DNA of 63,969 nt, filler included, from Welwitschia mirabilis (Eukaryota): the NCBI GenBank assembly GCA_051453625.1. It is 6 parts of one record of this genome, joined end to end, with 100 filler letters (N's around TTAATTAATTAA, not from the genome) between each part and the next. Parts side by side here need not be neighbours in the genome. Positions count along the whole stretch, not along the records: positions 29,778 to 50,043 come from JBOZIK010000001.1; positions 50,144 to 58,341 come from JBOZIK010000001.1; 4 more parts are not named here. One strand, written 5' to 3'. This document shows, piece by piece, positions 37,870 to 51,319 of this stretch (position 1 is its first letter; each line of letters opens with the position of its first letter). The notes under the pieces are model-generated. The model ran no database searches. It was given only the letters and a program-made list of their open reading frames with translations, and had not been told where the DNA came from. The position numbers were made by a program, and so were the translations under genes.

Positions 37870-40800
37870 CTTCCAAAATAAAAAAGTAAGAAGAAAGAGA
37901 GAGAAAATAAGAAAATGCAATTATATAAAAATGAAAACTATCTTCTCATTTGTAAGAGAGAAAAGAATCTCTACATATAGATAAACAAAAGGCACATAAC
38001 ACAAGATAATAAGATCATATCATTTATTATTGACAAGTGGGATGAGTAATAAATAATAATGGAGTATAAAAAAATATCATATTTATAACTCATGCACCTA
38101 ATTAGGGTGATTAATATTCTTGCTTTAATTAGCAAGATCAATTACATGCATTATTTCCTCATACTAGCTTCTTCTTAATACTTCATAGGCTCATAAGTAA
38201 ATTTAATTCATTTAAAACATGCATTAAAAGAATAAATTCATAAATTTAAAAATTATCATAATACATAATGGAATAAACTCTTCAATTTCAATGAATATAA
38301 CAATAAATATATTATGAATCAAGTGTCTTTACACATTTCAATAAGATAAAAACCATGGTAGAGTAAATCCACTCATTTATCATTTTTTGTTTTAGGTAAA
38401 AGTAAATGTACTTATTCAAATGCTTATTTACTTCAAAATACATAGAACCTATTAATTATACACTAAAAACAAAGAAAATATCTTTTCATAATATACTACG
38501 CCTATCACATTTATTAAGAATTTAAATGAATAAATAAGATGTAAAATATACTATTATATTCTCTTGAATTTCTCAATTTATTAGTTTTATCATGTGATTT
38601 TAATTCTTTACATATTGGGTTACCTAATTTTAAATATTTGGATATATTTTTCATAAAAAGCTTCTGATATACTTATTATAATTTTCATGGTAAATTATGA
38701 AAATTACAAACTAAGGTTAATTTAAAATCCTATCTTATTTTGATGAGGCACCTAAAGAAGAGTAGTTCATCATCTGATTAAGCACTTAATATGATTAATA
38801 TTCAAGTAAATAATGTTTACAAAATATAAAATATAACATCTTCCCCTACTTAGACTAATTTACTCCTAGAAACTAAAATACATAAAGAGCTTAAGAACAC
38901 TTAAATGCATATTATGAGATTCATAAGGATTTAACTATTGATTTTTCATTATTTCCTCTAACTCCTAAATAGCTTCATCAATACTATAATTACTCCACTC
39001 TATCTTTACTTGATGGATCTCCCTATTTTGTAAATTGATAATTTGTTATTCTAGCATTGCTTCTGACTTTTCTATAGTTAAACAATTTGGTTTCACATGA
39101 ATATGAGGTTAATTTAATAAATAAGAAGGGTCTTTAACATACTTCCTTAGTATACTTACATGGAAAACATCATGAATGTGAAATAATCAAGGAGGTAGAG
39201 CACGTTTGTATACAACAGATCTAATTCTTTTTAATATTTCAAATGGTCTAATTAATTGAGGATCTAATTTTGATCTTTTAACTCCTTTCATTCCTGATTT
39301 CATTGGTGATACTTTAAAAAATTCATGATAATTTATTTTAAACTTAATATCTTTTATTTGATGGTTTGAATACATCTTTTGTTTATCTATTACTTCTTTA
39401 ATTCTATTCTTAATGATTCTTATTTTACTTTCTATTTCTTATAATATTTCTAGTCTTTTAATCAATCTTTCTTTAGATTCTATCCATAAAATGGGTGTTC
39501 TACATTTTCTGTCATAAAGGTCTTTAAATGAAGCCATTTGAATGGAACTTTAATAACTATTATTATATGCATCTTCTAATAATGGTAGATACTCATTATA
39601 TTTAACTTGGTTCCTAAACCCATTTGTAATTCTTTCTAAGAATTAAAAGTAAATTTTAAATCTCTATCCAAGATAATTACTAAATGCATACCATGCAATC
39701 AAATAATGTTTTAAATATATACTTTATTCTTATCATCATAAGTAGATTTAATTGGAATAAAACATGCTAACTTAGTATCAATTATCATCATGATAGACTA
39801 ATTACCTCTTTGAGTTTTTTGGAAGTTCTACAATAAAGTTCATACAAATCATGTTGTATTTATATTCTATAATATCATGAGGATAAATTAATCCTATTGA
39901 ACTACGATGTTCTACTTTAACTTATTAATAATTAAGGCACTTTGACATAAATTTTTCTATATTCTTTTTCATCCCTAATTATCAAAATTTTTGTTTCATG
40001 TTTTGATACATTTTAGTTCCTCTAGGATAACTTACTTTAAGTGGATTATGATATTTAAACACTATCTTGTGTCTAATTTTGTTTACATTAGGAACCATAA
40101 ATCTTCCTTTGAATCTAATAATACCATTTAAATTAATACTAAAATGTTGTAAATCTATTGATTTTTCTAATTAATTCTTTAGTTTTTGACAATTTTCATC
40201 CTCTTTTATCCCTCTAAAATAATGTTAGGAATTTATCTTTGAATTTTCATGATTGCTTTGAAATAATGTAGTTTATTAAGACCATATATAATCTTATTTC
40301 CTTTGCCATTATGGTATAAAATCTCTAGATCAAAATCACATAAAAATATCATCCNNNNNNNNNNNNNNNNNNNNNNNNNNNNNNNNNNNNNNNTGTATTT
40401 TAGACTCTTATGATCTTTCTAAATTTGAAACTTTACACTATAGAGATAATGCTTTTACAACTTCAAAGCAAAAATTACTATAGCTATTTCAAGATTATGA
40501 ATAGGATATATTCTCTCATGAGTTTTTAGTTATCTTAATATATAAGTTATTACTCTTTTATCTTATTCAAGAACTACTTTAAAACTTTCTTCAAATGCAT
40601 TAGTATAAATTAAAAAGGTTTTTAAATAATCTGGTATTACTGAGACCAAAGTCATAGGTAAGCATCCTTTAATATAAATAAATAACTGTTGACACTTTTA
40701 TGTTTATTAAAATATTTATTTTTCTTTAAGAGACTTGTTAATGAAGAAGCTGTCTTTAAAACATTGAATATGAATTAATGATAGTATCGAGCAAGACCAA

Positions 40801-41445
40801 GAAAGATTATAATCTCAATAATATTTGTAGTTATTGTTCATTTTATTATTACTCTATATTTATCTTTGATCCATTGATATACCTTTTCTGGGTATTACAT
40901 GACCTATAAATTGAATATATTTCTTTCAAAAAGAGAACTTTTCCATGTTATCATATAATTGATAATGCCTTAAAGTTTGTAATACTNNNNNNNNNNNNNN
41001 NNNNNNNNNNNNNNNNNNNNNNNNNNNNNNNNNNNNNNNNNNNNNNNNNNNNNNNNNNNNNNNNNNNNNNNNNNNNNNNNNNNNNNTCTTTCAAAAAGAG
41101 CACTTTTCCATGTTATCATATAATTGATAATTCCTTAAAGTTTGTAATACTATTCCTAGATGTTTCTCATGTTTTTTATAAGTTTTAGAATAAATAAGAA
41201 TATTATCAATAAATAATATTACAAAGAAATTAAGATTTAACTGAAAGATTTAATTCGTAAGATACATAAATACTGCAAGGGCATTAGGTAAACTAAAAGG
41301 AATAAAAGTGAACTCATAATACCCATAGTGGGTTGTAAATGTTGTTTTATAAATATTTTACTTTTTAATTTAAACTTGATGATATTTAGATTTTAGATTA
41401 ACTTTTAATAAGACCTTAGTTTCCTTAACCTAATCAAAAAAGTTA
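37870..41445 (-). mobile_element. Decayed Tekay/chromovirus-like Ty3/gypsy pol (RT, RH, INT) with PPT and 3' LTR start
   Basis: KTTFTTHYGYYEFTFIPFSLPNA...FVILFIDNILIYS (RT); FKVSPMK..KLDP.LIRPFEILKRIRSVVYKRALPP..IHDVFHVSILRK (INT C-terminus); PPT aagtaggggaaga|tgttata at 38838. Confidence 0.88.
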
Positions 41446-41446
41446 T

Positions 41447-44400
41447 TACTATAGTGTGTATTTATGCAATGTCGTGTTCTTAGTCAAATCCTATCAATCC
41501 CAAATATATGCACAAATCCAACATAATAATATGGGTGGGAGTGAATATAAATGTCATAAATCATTAAAGGAATAGATAAGAAGAAAAATAATTGATTTCA
41601 AATAAAATATTAATGTACTTCCTAAATAGAATAAAATAACAATGCAAAGTAAACAATGTAAGTAAACACACTTATGCAGATGAGATGAAAAACTAATATA
41701 AATGTAATATCTTTATAATTACCAAATCAACTTATCATGGATATAATTCCACTATTATCTAGATTAATCATCAAACCAAGATCAACCAAAGCTATCAGAT
41801 GCATCAAATAGAATATGAAAACAAGTTAGAATTAATCTAGAAAAAGAAATGCAATGCACCTAAACTACTAATATCAACCTTAACAAAATTTTCTCTCATG
41901 AATTATATCATAGATAAAGCTATTATGAAATCAGAAGCAATATAAACCATAAGAAAGATGCACATAACAAAAGGTATAAAAAGAAAAATAGAGTTTTGTT
42001 TATATCAAACCAACATCCATGTTAAAAAGGAGCAATACCTTAATAAAGGATACATAGCTTAAGACTAAGGAAGATGTTTTTTTGCAATTACAAGAATGAA
42101 TCTTTTATCCTTCAATCTCCTATCATAAGAGGTTTTAGTGCCAAAGAAGATAAAATCAAATTTAAGAATGAAGAAGGTATTTATTACAAATAAAGACTAA
42201 AAATACTAAACTTTAACAAATGTAGTAAAACCCTAATGGCCACATAAGAAGGTACATGACACATGGCAAAAGTTTGGTGAAGTTAGTGAATAATTATATT
42301 TTAGTGTTATCCTACTAGTCATTTGGACATCACAGGAGATGATGCCAAATCATACATGATCTACATCAGCTACCAAATTAGTCCAGTAAGTGTCTTAGTC
42401 AACATAGGTTCTTCTATCATTCATGTTGTTGTCTAGATAATAAGATGGATAATAGGCTTTGTAAAGATGTTTCTTATGTTAGATAAGCCTCTTTAATTAC
42501 AGGATTTCTACTTTAAATAGAAAGTATTACAATTTGCCTTAAATATTATCAAATGTAATGAATATTGCATGTTTTTGTAATATTTGTCTTATCTCTCCAT
42601 TATTGTCAAAAATCAGCATAAACTTATCTAATATCCTATAAAACTACTTAAAAACCCTATCAAAAATATATAATTTTATAATGTAGCATAGCCCTTCCCT
42701 TAGTCTTATTAGTCTCTAATAAAATTAGGTAAACAATCATGATTATGAGCTAAATTGAATAAAGATAAATCAACTAGAGAACTATAAAATAAACTTAGAA
42801 ATAATCTTAAAAATCTCAAAATGCAAAACAAAAATGTCAAAAATAGATAACTAAATGTTTCACTTATGCAAAATAAATGGTCATACTATCATCTTAGTGG
42901 TTATCCAGATGATGAAGGGGATGACATGCTCAAATATTATTCTTAAAAAATACAAGTCTATGAATTTTTTTTAGAAATATAAACATTAAGATGTAATAAT
43001 ATTACTAGCCCTTAAATTATATATAATACAGTATATAATAATCATGTCTAACATAAAAAACCATCCTCATGAAATATCTTAATAATATGTAAATGATGTG
43101 CATTATATCTCAAAAATAAAAATGGACATAATAATAATACTCCAAAAATGATGTTTATATAAAATCATAAATTTTTAAAAGTATAATCTATAGAGGAAAG
43201 ATAAATAATATAACAATATAATAAATCACCCCCCTCATTATGCTAAAATAAACTCCTAATTTGTACTAGGCTCAAATGCACATGGAGAAGATGGAGGATT
43301 CTTAGGATCTACAGAGAAATAATGGTCAATGACTATCATGACAAATCATGTGATCTCATTTCCCTATACTTTAACTACCTCTGGAATGTCAACAACAACA
43401 TCATGCTTAATGTATAATACATAATCGTGTAGATTGATAAGCTACTTCTCTATATGCTAAACTATTCTCTCAATAGTGAATATCCTCTATTATAGCTCTG
43501 TAAAGCCTTCATCCATAGCCTTTTTAAGTCCCTGTGCAGTGTCTACTAAGAATATCTGTATCTACTCAATGATCATACCAACTATAGGTCTTTTTACTTG
43601 AGGTCTCTCTACCTCTCCTGGAATCTAGATGTCCATGGCCTATAAGTAATGAGTTGATCTTTAAAGATGTGTAACTCTCTACTTATCCATAGGCTCAAGT
43701 ATACTAAAGCATCTGAACATATCTAAGAGGAGGTATCCATATCCCAAATTCTATATCTAATGAGCCTCAACTATGATCCTGAACCTTCTCCAAATGAATA
43801 TCAGTAAGTACATTTGCTCCCCTTGTCTAAATGCTATCAACATCTAAAACCATGACATGAATGTTATGGAATAAAGAGATAATATTATGAATCAATCCTC
43901 TATGTAGAATCTGATAGGTAAGTGAGAGATGTATAACTAAAAGTTCCTACTTATCACTAGTGACATTAGCTAGAATATCTAATACTATACCATAAGCATG
44001 GTACTTCTCTGTACCACCAGCTAAGTGAATGTGGGTGCTTCTAATTCCACCTAAGTTAGCAACTATAGTAATGTGACTTAAAAGAATAAATATCTCATGC
44101 CTATGAGTTGTAGTTATGATTATATCAATTAAGTGATCAGGAGCATCAAATAGCCTTTCAATATGCATGATTTCATAGAACTCTCTGGTCTCTTAGATCA
44201 AATAAACTCCGTGTGTATTTACTATCCATATAAACTATAATTGTATCAATATTTGGTCTACATTTGGCTTAATCGTACTCATAAAGTCTTTAAAATGTCT
44301 CTCTACTTAGATAGAAGCTAATTAAATAAAGAGTAATTAAACCTATTGAGGTGGTAAATGCATAGGCTCTGCATGCTTAATCACAAGTGGATTAGTGGAC

Positions 44401-45500
44401 CCGCCTCCTACTTTAATACCTCAGCCTTTGCCTCAACTTGAATCTATCTAGCTCATCATGTACATGGCCCAATCAATCAGAAATGCAAATCACATCATAC
44501 AAGATCAAGTGGAAATCACAAGAATGTGTCTTATGTAATTTTCAAAACAATCCAAAGAAATTGGTTTTTATGTAAAAATTACAAAATATGTCCTCCCCCC
44601 TTCCTTGACCCCAAAAAAATGAATACATCCTATATTACTTAATCATGTGAAGATAAAGTGTGAAATGTGAGAAAAATAAAAAAGTGTAAAATAGGTGAAT
44701 CCCATAAAAGGTTAAAATTAAAACTAATCAAAACAAAAATCTAACTCAGTAAAAGTGTGGAGCTCTCATTGAGCTAATTAATTTACCTATAAGAACCACT
44801 ATGTTTTGACTTATGGTTTTTAAAAAATGAGATAGAAACCTAATTCTAGCTCATAAAATGCACAAAATTAGATATCTCACAAAATACTAAATTAAAATTA
44901 TATCTGTAAGTACCAAATTAAAAAGCATAAAAAATTGATTGATATATATGAAAAATTCATGCTAAAAGGCTGAAAATGGAAGAAAGAATCAAAAATAACA
45001 AGGGAGAGAAAAAATATACCTCATTTTAACAAATTTGATAAAATCTTATAATCTAGGGCATGAAATTAGTTTATGCAAGAACCAAAATGTTAGTGTGCCA
45101 TAATGTGATACTTGACTTATAAATGAATTTAGAGAAAGAACTCAAGAATGAAGAAAATTATGGAAAAGAAGTTCAACTGTGATTTTATCACACTATGGGC
45201 TAGTCATATTGTTAAGACAATAGTTGTAGGACAACTATTAGTAAAACCTCATCTATCATTTACCTTATCATTTGGATGACTCTATGGACATTAGAACTTT
45301 TAAAAGTTTTTAAAAATAAAAATGTTAGCCAAAAAAGTTAGGCTTAGATATTATCATGAAGGTATTAGAATTTATCAGAAAATTCGAAAGATAGGAAATG
45401 ATGAAGAACTATGATGAACAAAGATAAGAAATGACAAAAAAATCAAAAGAATCAAAATATAGGATAATGAAAATGTACTAATTAGAATAAACCATGATAA
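41447..45500 (-). mobile_element. Inverted Athila-related element: 3' LTR (41447-42688), PPT and 3' internal region, inserted in the Tekay RT
   Basis: Reverse complement gactaagggaagggcta|tgctaca junction at 42688. LTR end is homologous to tgcataaatacacac. Confidence 0.8.
43300..44480 (-). pseudogene. Extra 3' ORF remnant (env-like/plant-transposon-protein-type)
   Basis: Minus-strand motifs ETREFYEIMHI, YQILHRGLIHNII and LGYGYLLLDMFRCF resemble the REFY..LH..I.HN..LPYG.LL pattern of extra ORFs in Athila/SIRE elements. Confidence 0.6.
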
Positions 45501-46482
45501 ACAAAACTAAAAAAATGTGCTTACAAAGCTAAATTTTATGTAATAATTTTCTTATTAATGAAGTGTTTTTTCTTATGTTAATTATATATTTCATCAGTAA
45601 ATAGATGTTTTTATCTAGATTGATGCCTACTAATAAATAGGTTAGTAGTTAGTATGTTAGTAGATTAACATATATATTTCATTATTATTTTAGGTAAAGG
45701 ATGCCAAGTGGCATGAAGATGAGAGAGAAGGTTGAGAAGTGAATCAGCATAACAACCTCAACCACTTTCCTACTTCTAAGAAGCAAAGAATGAAAACTGA
45801 AAAACTAACTAGGGTATAAAAATATGATTTCAATCAAAGGTGGGGATCTTTTTGGCACATTAGTTATACGTAAGTTATAGTAATAGACAAGGCAAATAGG
45901 TCAAGTAAGGAAACTCTAGCTTGCCTACAAAGATGTCAGTAGCACTTTCCCGCATTCCATAGTATTACCTAAAAAGGAGAATACACTTGTTAGCTTGTCT
46001 TTATGTACAATTGGTATTACAGTATAAAAGCTGAAAAACATTTGAATATCATTGTATGCATTTTTTATTACTTGAAAAAGTAATATTACTTTTATCTCCC
46101 TCCTATTTATAGAGCTAAACATAAACTAGGATAATTTTAGTGCTTAGAAATAAGTATTAATCAACAAGTTGCCTAACTTTAGTTTTTTTCCCCTATTCCT
46201 CCTTAATGTATTATATATACATCATAGTCTAGTTTTGATAAATAACCTAACTAGTTTAAGTAACTTCATTACAAGACTATTGTGATGATGCATTTTGAAC
46301 TAAATGGTTAAGTCATACCTAGTTCTTTAATGAGACTTCATGTATTCTTATTTTAATAATGTGTGCCTATTTTAGGTTAATAGAAGCATAATTTATATAT
46401 CTTTATATCATTATTTATAGTTTTTAGTAATATTTTTTAATACTTTCTACATTTATTTTATAACATAAGTCACCCATCATTT

Positions 46483-46499
46483 TTGTGCTAGAAGGAGGG
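46483..46499 (+). promoter_or_regulatory. tRNA-Asn-type primer binding site
   Basis: Matches TGGCGCTAGAAGGAGGG, complementary to the recalled plant tRNA-Asn 3' end, 3 nt after the LTR end catca. Confidence 0.7.
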
Positions 46500-47858
46500 C
46501 GGCTCTAAAGCCAACTATTGATGATAACATAAAGTACCATATAATAAGATAGTCATGGAAGGTGATAAGATGAAAAAGGCAAGTATGTTATAAATCCAAA
46601 GAAAGATGGTTTAAATAAACAAACTCAAAAGGTTATTAAATTAGAAATAACAGATGATGATTTTGTGGAAGATAATGTAACTTTAGGAAGGATGGTAAGA
46701 AACCAAATATTTCTTGAACTAATGAGTGAATTTGAGCAATGAATGCATAGCATTCTAGCATTACCTAGATCACTAAGAGAATCTTCTCAAAAAGTTTAAT
46801 TGAAAAATCCTAAGAATAAAACAATAGTAGGGTGTTATTGGAAAGATGATGGAGATCCAAGACATTTAAATCATGATACTCACTAGGTAAATGCTTTGAG
46901 TCCTATCAACCTTACAATCCTATAGTAGCCAAATAAAATAAGAAATGTAAATACTACTAAAACACCCACTTTTTAAGGAAAGAAATTAGAAGAAACTCTA
47001 TTACACCTGAGATTATTTGATGCTTTTTGAAAAGCTAATTATCTTGACACAGAATCTAATTATCTCAAATATTTTCCTTTTTCTCTAAAAGGGGATGCTC
47101 ATTTATGATATCATAGAAACCCTAACCATGCTTTTAGTTCATGGTAAATCCTTAAAAGTGCTTTTATACCTAAATTTCAACCTATAAGAATGATTAAAGA
47201 TTTAAGAGAACAAATCTTAAATATTAAAAAAAGAGATAATTAAAGTTTTGATGAGTTCATAGATAGGTACAATATATTACTAGTCAAATTTCTTAAAAAN
47301 NNNNNNNNNNNNNNNNNNNNNNNNNNNNNNNNNNNNNNNNNNNNNNNNNNNNNNNNNNNNNNNNNNNNNNNNNNNNNNNNNNNNNNNNNNNNNNNNNNNN
47401 NNNNNNNNNNNNNNNNNNNNNNNNNNNNNNNNNNNNNNNNNNNNNNNNNNNNNNNNNNNNNNCAAAGCTAATTTTCTTGACATAGAATCTAACTATCTCA
47501 GATATTTTCTTTTTTCTCTAAAAGGGGATGCTCAATTATGGCATTATAGAAATCCTAACCATGCTTTTAGTTCATGGAAAACCCTTAAAAATGATTTTCT
47601 AACTACATTGCAACTTATAAGTGGTTAAAGATTTAAGAGAATAAATCTTGAATATTAAACAAAGATATAATGAAAGGTTTGATTAGTTGATGGATAGGTA
47701 CAACATATTGCTAGCTAAATGTCCTAACCATGGAATTACATCTAGGGAATGAATCAAAGCCTTACTTAGAGGATTATAGAGTTAAAAATTAAAAGAATTA
47801 GACTTTTTATATATAGGAATCATTAAAACTAATAATATTCAAGAAGTAAGAGAAGCCC

Positions 47859-50800
47859 TGTCACGCCGCCAACCTATGTGTATTTGATAGGGTATTATGA
47901 GTTGTTTTGTAGGTAAATTAACAGATAAATGCATAGTTCTTATGACAATCGAGAATCAAGATGAATAAGATGAAAACATGTAAATCCTAGATAAAACATA
48001 ATCATTTCATATAGACATAAACAAATTTTATTTTGGATAATGATTCTTGTAGACAACAAAGTAATTGCACTGAATAAAGATCAAGAAAAGACTATCATCC
48101 CTACCATCATCCAGATGATANNNNNNNNNNACAAATTCAATAGGTCTATGACATAGTTCATATATAGATAACTTGTAGTTAAACTAAGATCTATCTATCA
48201 TCATTCATCTAATCATCTAGACGTTACTAGCGAATGATATTTTTAAAACTAGTCGATAGCACTTCACCTTTAGTTAGATAAGGAGTTAAAATGAAACAAA
48301 TAGATATATAATTATCGGTCTTTACCATCTCCTCCATCATTAAGATGACTTAAAGGACAACACTATTCTCTCACACTTTGAACAAATTTTTTCTCAAGTT
48401 ATCGCCTCTTTATTATGACTTTACTTTGCATGTTAGCTAGGGTTTCTTCTCTACTTCTCTGTCAGTTTTCCTTTCCTTTCTGTCTATAAATAAAAGTCTC
48501 CCCTTCCATCCCTAATCATTTTTTATAGTACCTGACATTCTTGTGATAGGANNNNNNNNNNNNNNNNNNNNNNNNNNNNNNNNNNNNNNNNNNNNNNNNN
48601 NNNNNNNNNNNNNNNNNNNNNNNNNNNNNNNNNNNNNNNNNNNNNNNNNNNNNNNNNNNNNNNNNNNNNNNNNNNNNNNNNNNNNNNNNNNNNNNNNNNN
48701 NNNNNNNNNNNNNNNNNNNNNNNNNNNNNNNNNNNNNNNNNNNNNNNNNNNNNNNNNNNNNNNNNNNNNNNNNNNNNNNNNNNNNNNNNNNNNNNNNNNN
48801 NNNNNNNNNNNNNNNNNNNNNNNNNNNNNNNNNNNNNNNNNNNNNNNNNNNNNNNNNNNNNNNNNNNNNNNNNNNNNNNNNNNNNNNNNNNNNNNNNNNN
48901 NNNNNNNNNNNNNNNNNNNNNNNNNNNNNNNNNNNNNNNNNNNNNNNNNNNNNNNNNNNNNNNNNNNNNNNNNNNNNNNNNNNNNNNNNNNNNNNNNNNN
49001 NNNNNNNNNNNNNNNNNNNNNNNNNNNNNNNNNNNNNNNNNNNNNNNNNNNNNNNNNNNNNNNNNNNNNNNNNNNNNNNNNNNNNNNNNNNNNNNNNNNN
49101 NNNNNNNNNNNNNNNNNNNNNNNNNNNNNNNNNNNNNNNNNNNNNNNNNNNNNNNNNNNNNNNNNNTATGCAAGAACATATCCCTCATAGTTTATATTGT
49201 TTAATATTCATGATAGTTTTCTTCTATTATATAGATTATGAGAATAGCCTTTGTTAAGGTTGAACTTGATTAGATTAGGTGCATTATTATTTCTTTTCAT
49301 ATATTAGTTTTACATCATTATTTTAATTCTATGCATTGCAGTTTAATTTAGTAGATTAAGATTACATATTTCTTTCTTGAAATCAACTCTTTATGGTTCA
49401 TACTATTGGTCTTCAATGGAATTATGACATTCGAATCACTCTCAACTATACAAGCGTGCTATGTTTATGCATCTTATTTATAATTTATAGGATTTATATC
49501 AAGGTATGAAACATTATATAAATACTTACTGCAATAAATTGGTGCCATTTCTGATGAAGGCTACTTGAAAATCAAGAGTTGTAGTTGCTTCAGTGGATAT
49601 TCTGGATGTTTTCTACAGCATCAGTGTACCAGTACTCTGTAAGTATTTTGTTTTATTTTTAATTTTTACTAACCTATAACGTCTCCTCCATCGTCCAAAT
49701 GTCATAGTTATATAACTATTCCCTTTTCCGCTTTCCCTCATTCTATGGTTATCTGTGTTTTGACTCTATCGTCTAGGTTATCATCTAAATAACTTGTAGG
49801 ATGACACTTTAGATCTGATACTGAATGGTAAAAATAGAAAAAAGAGAAAAATACCAAAGAGAGAAACAATTTATTATAGAAAATATCATACAAGGTTTGC
49901 TAAATTTTGAAATTGAAAATCAAAACATCCCAGGTACGCAAACTTTAGAATTTCCTAAAATTTTTTATTTTAATTCTGCAAAAGAGTTTGATTTTAATTT
50001 TGAAAAATCTGATACCATGTCAACCTCTAACCAAAAATAAAAANNNNNNNNNNNNNNNNNNNNNNNNNNNNNNNNNNNNNNNNNNNNTTAATTAATTAAN
50101 NNNNNNNNNNNNNNNNNNNNNNNNNNNNNNNNNNNNNNNNNNNTTTGATGATCATTTGAAAGCCTTAATGTAAAATGTGAGCATCAACTTACCTTTTTGG
50201 AAACTTTTGCAAGAAAACTCAAAATACTCTAAGCTATGGAAAGACCTAATAAGAAGAAAAAAATAAACTATCCCTAGTAAATTCTTCCTAGCTCAATCCA
50301 TTAGCAACTTAGTTTCCAAAAAGTATCCAAAATTTAAAGATCTAGGAGCAACAACTGTTAGTGTTACCTTAGAAGGGATCTGAAGAATTAAGAAAGCCTT
50401 AATTAATATAGGAGGTAGTGCTAATATCATACCCTTGCATATTTGTCAACTTTTTGGATTGGAAGAGAGAATAGAACCTATACAAATTGTCTTAGAGTTA
50501 GCTGATGCATCTATAAAAAAACCTTTACATGTGATAAAGGACTTGGTTATTTAGATCAAGGAAGCTTTCTACCCCATAGACATAGTTGTTTTAGAAGTTT
50601 ATCATCAAAATGGATATCCCCTACTTCTAGGTAGAGCTTTTTATGTAACTGTCAATAGAATCATANNNNNNNNNNACTAGATTAATGAAATGTCACTTTG
50701 GAAATAAAAAATTTTTAATACGAGTCTTTGATGCAACTGAAAAAGATTTAAGAAATGATTTAGATTTGGAAAAAGATATAAAATCAACCCTATCTTTATA

Positions 50801-51287
50801 AAACCATCTAAACCTTAAAAAAATTGTAAAAGAACAAATCATAAAAATTATGGCTATAAAATGGTATGCACATATGGAAAACGATTAAAATGACATGAGG
50901 AATTTTAGATGCAACTATGAACATAGTAGAAGCATTTGTTTCCTATCTAAGTTATTTCTTAGCCTACTCTTTAGTTAAATATTATGACTTTACCTGATTA
51001 TCTTTTAAACTTGACTTGTATATTACTTCATAAAGTATTATGATTAGTTTTATACTTGGGCATTTATAACTGGTAATATTACATTCACTTGATCTTAAAA
51101 CATTCTCATGTCTATGGATTATATTTACAGGAAGATACTTTGTTTCTTATATTGTTTTTTCAATGGTGGTTAAATATTAAGTTACCAAGGAGTGTTCTTT
51201 TCTATCTTTTATTTTACTTAATTACATTTGTCTTTCTTGAGTGTATGATCATGTGGAAATCCTTTTTGTTTAAAAAAAAAAGGGAAA

Positions 51288-51319
<32 letters not shown>

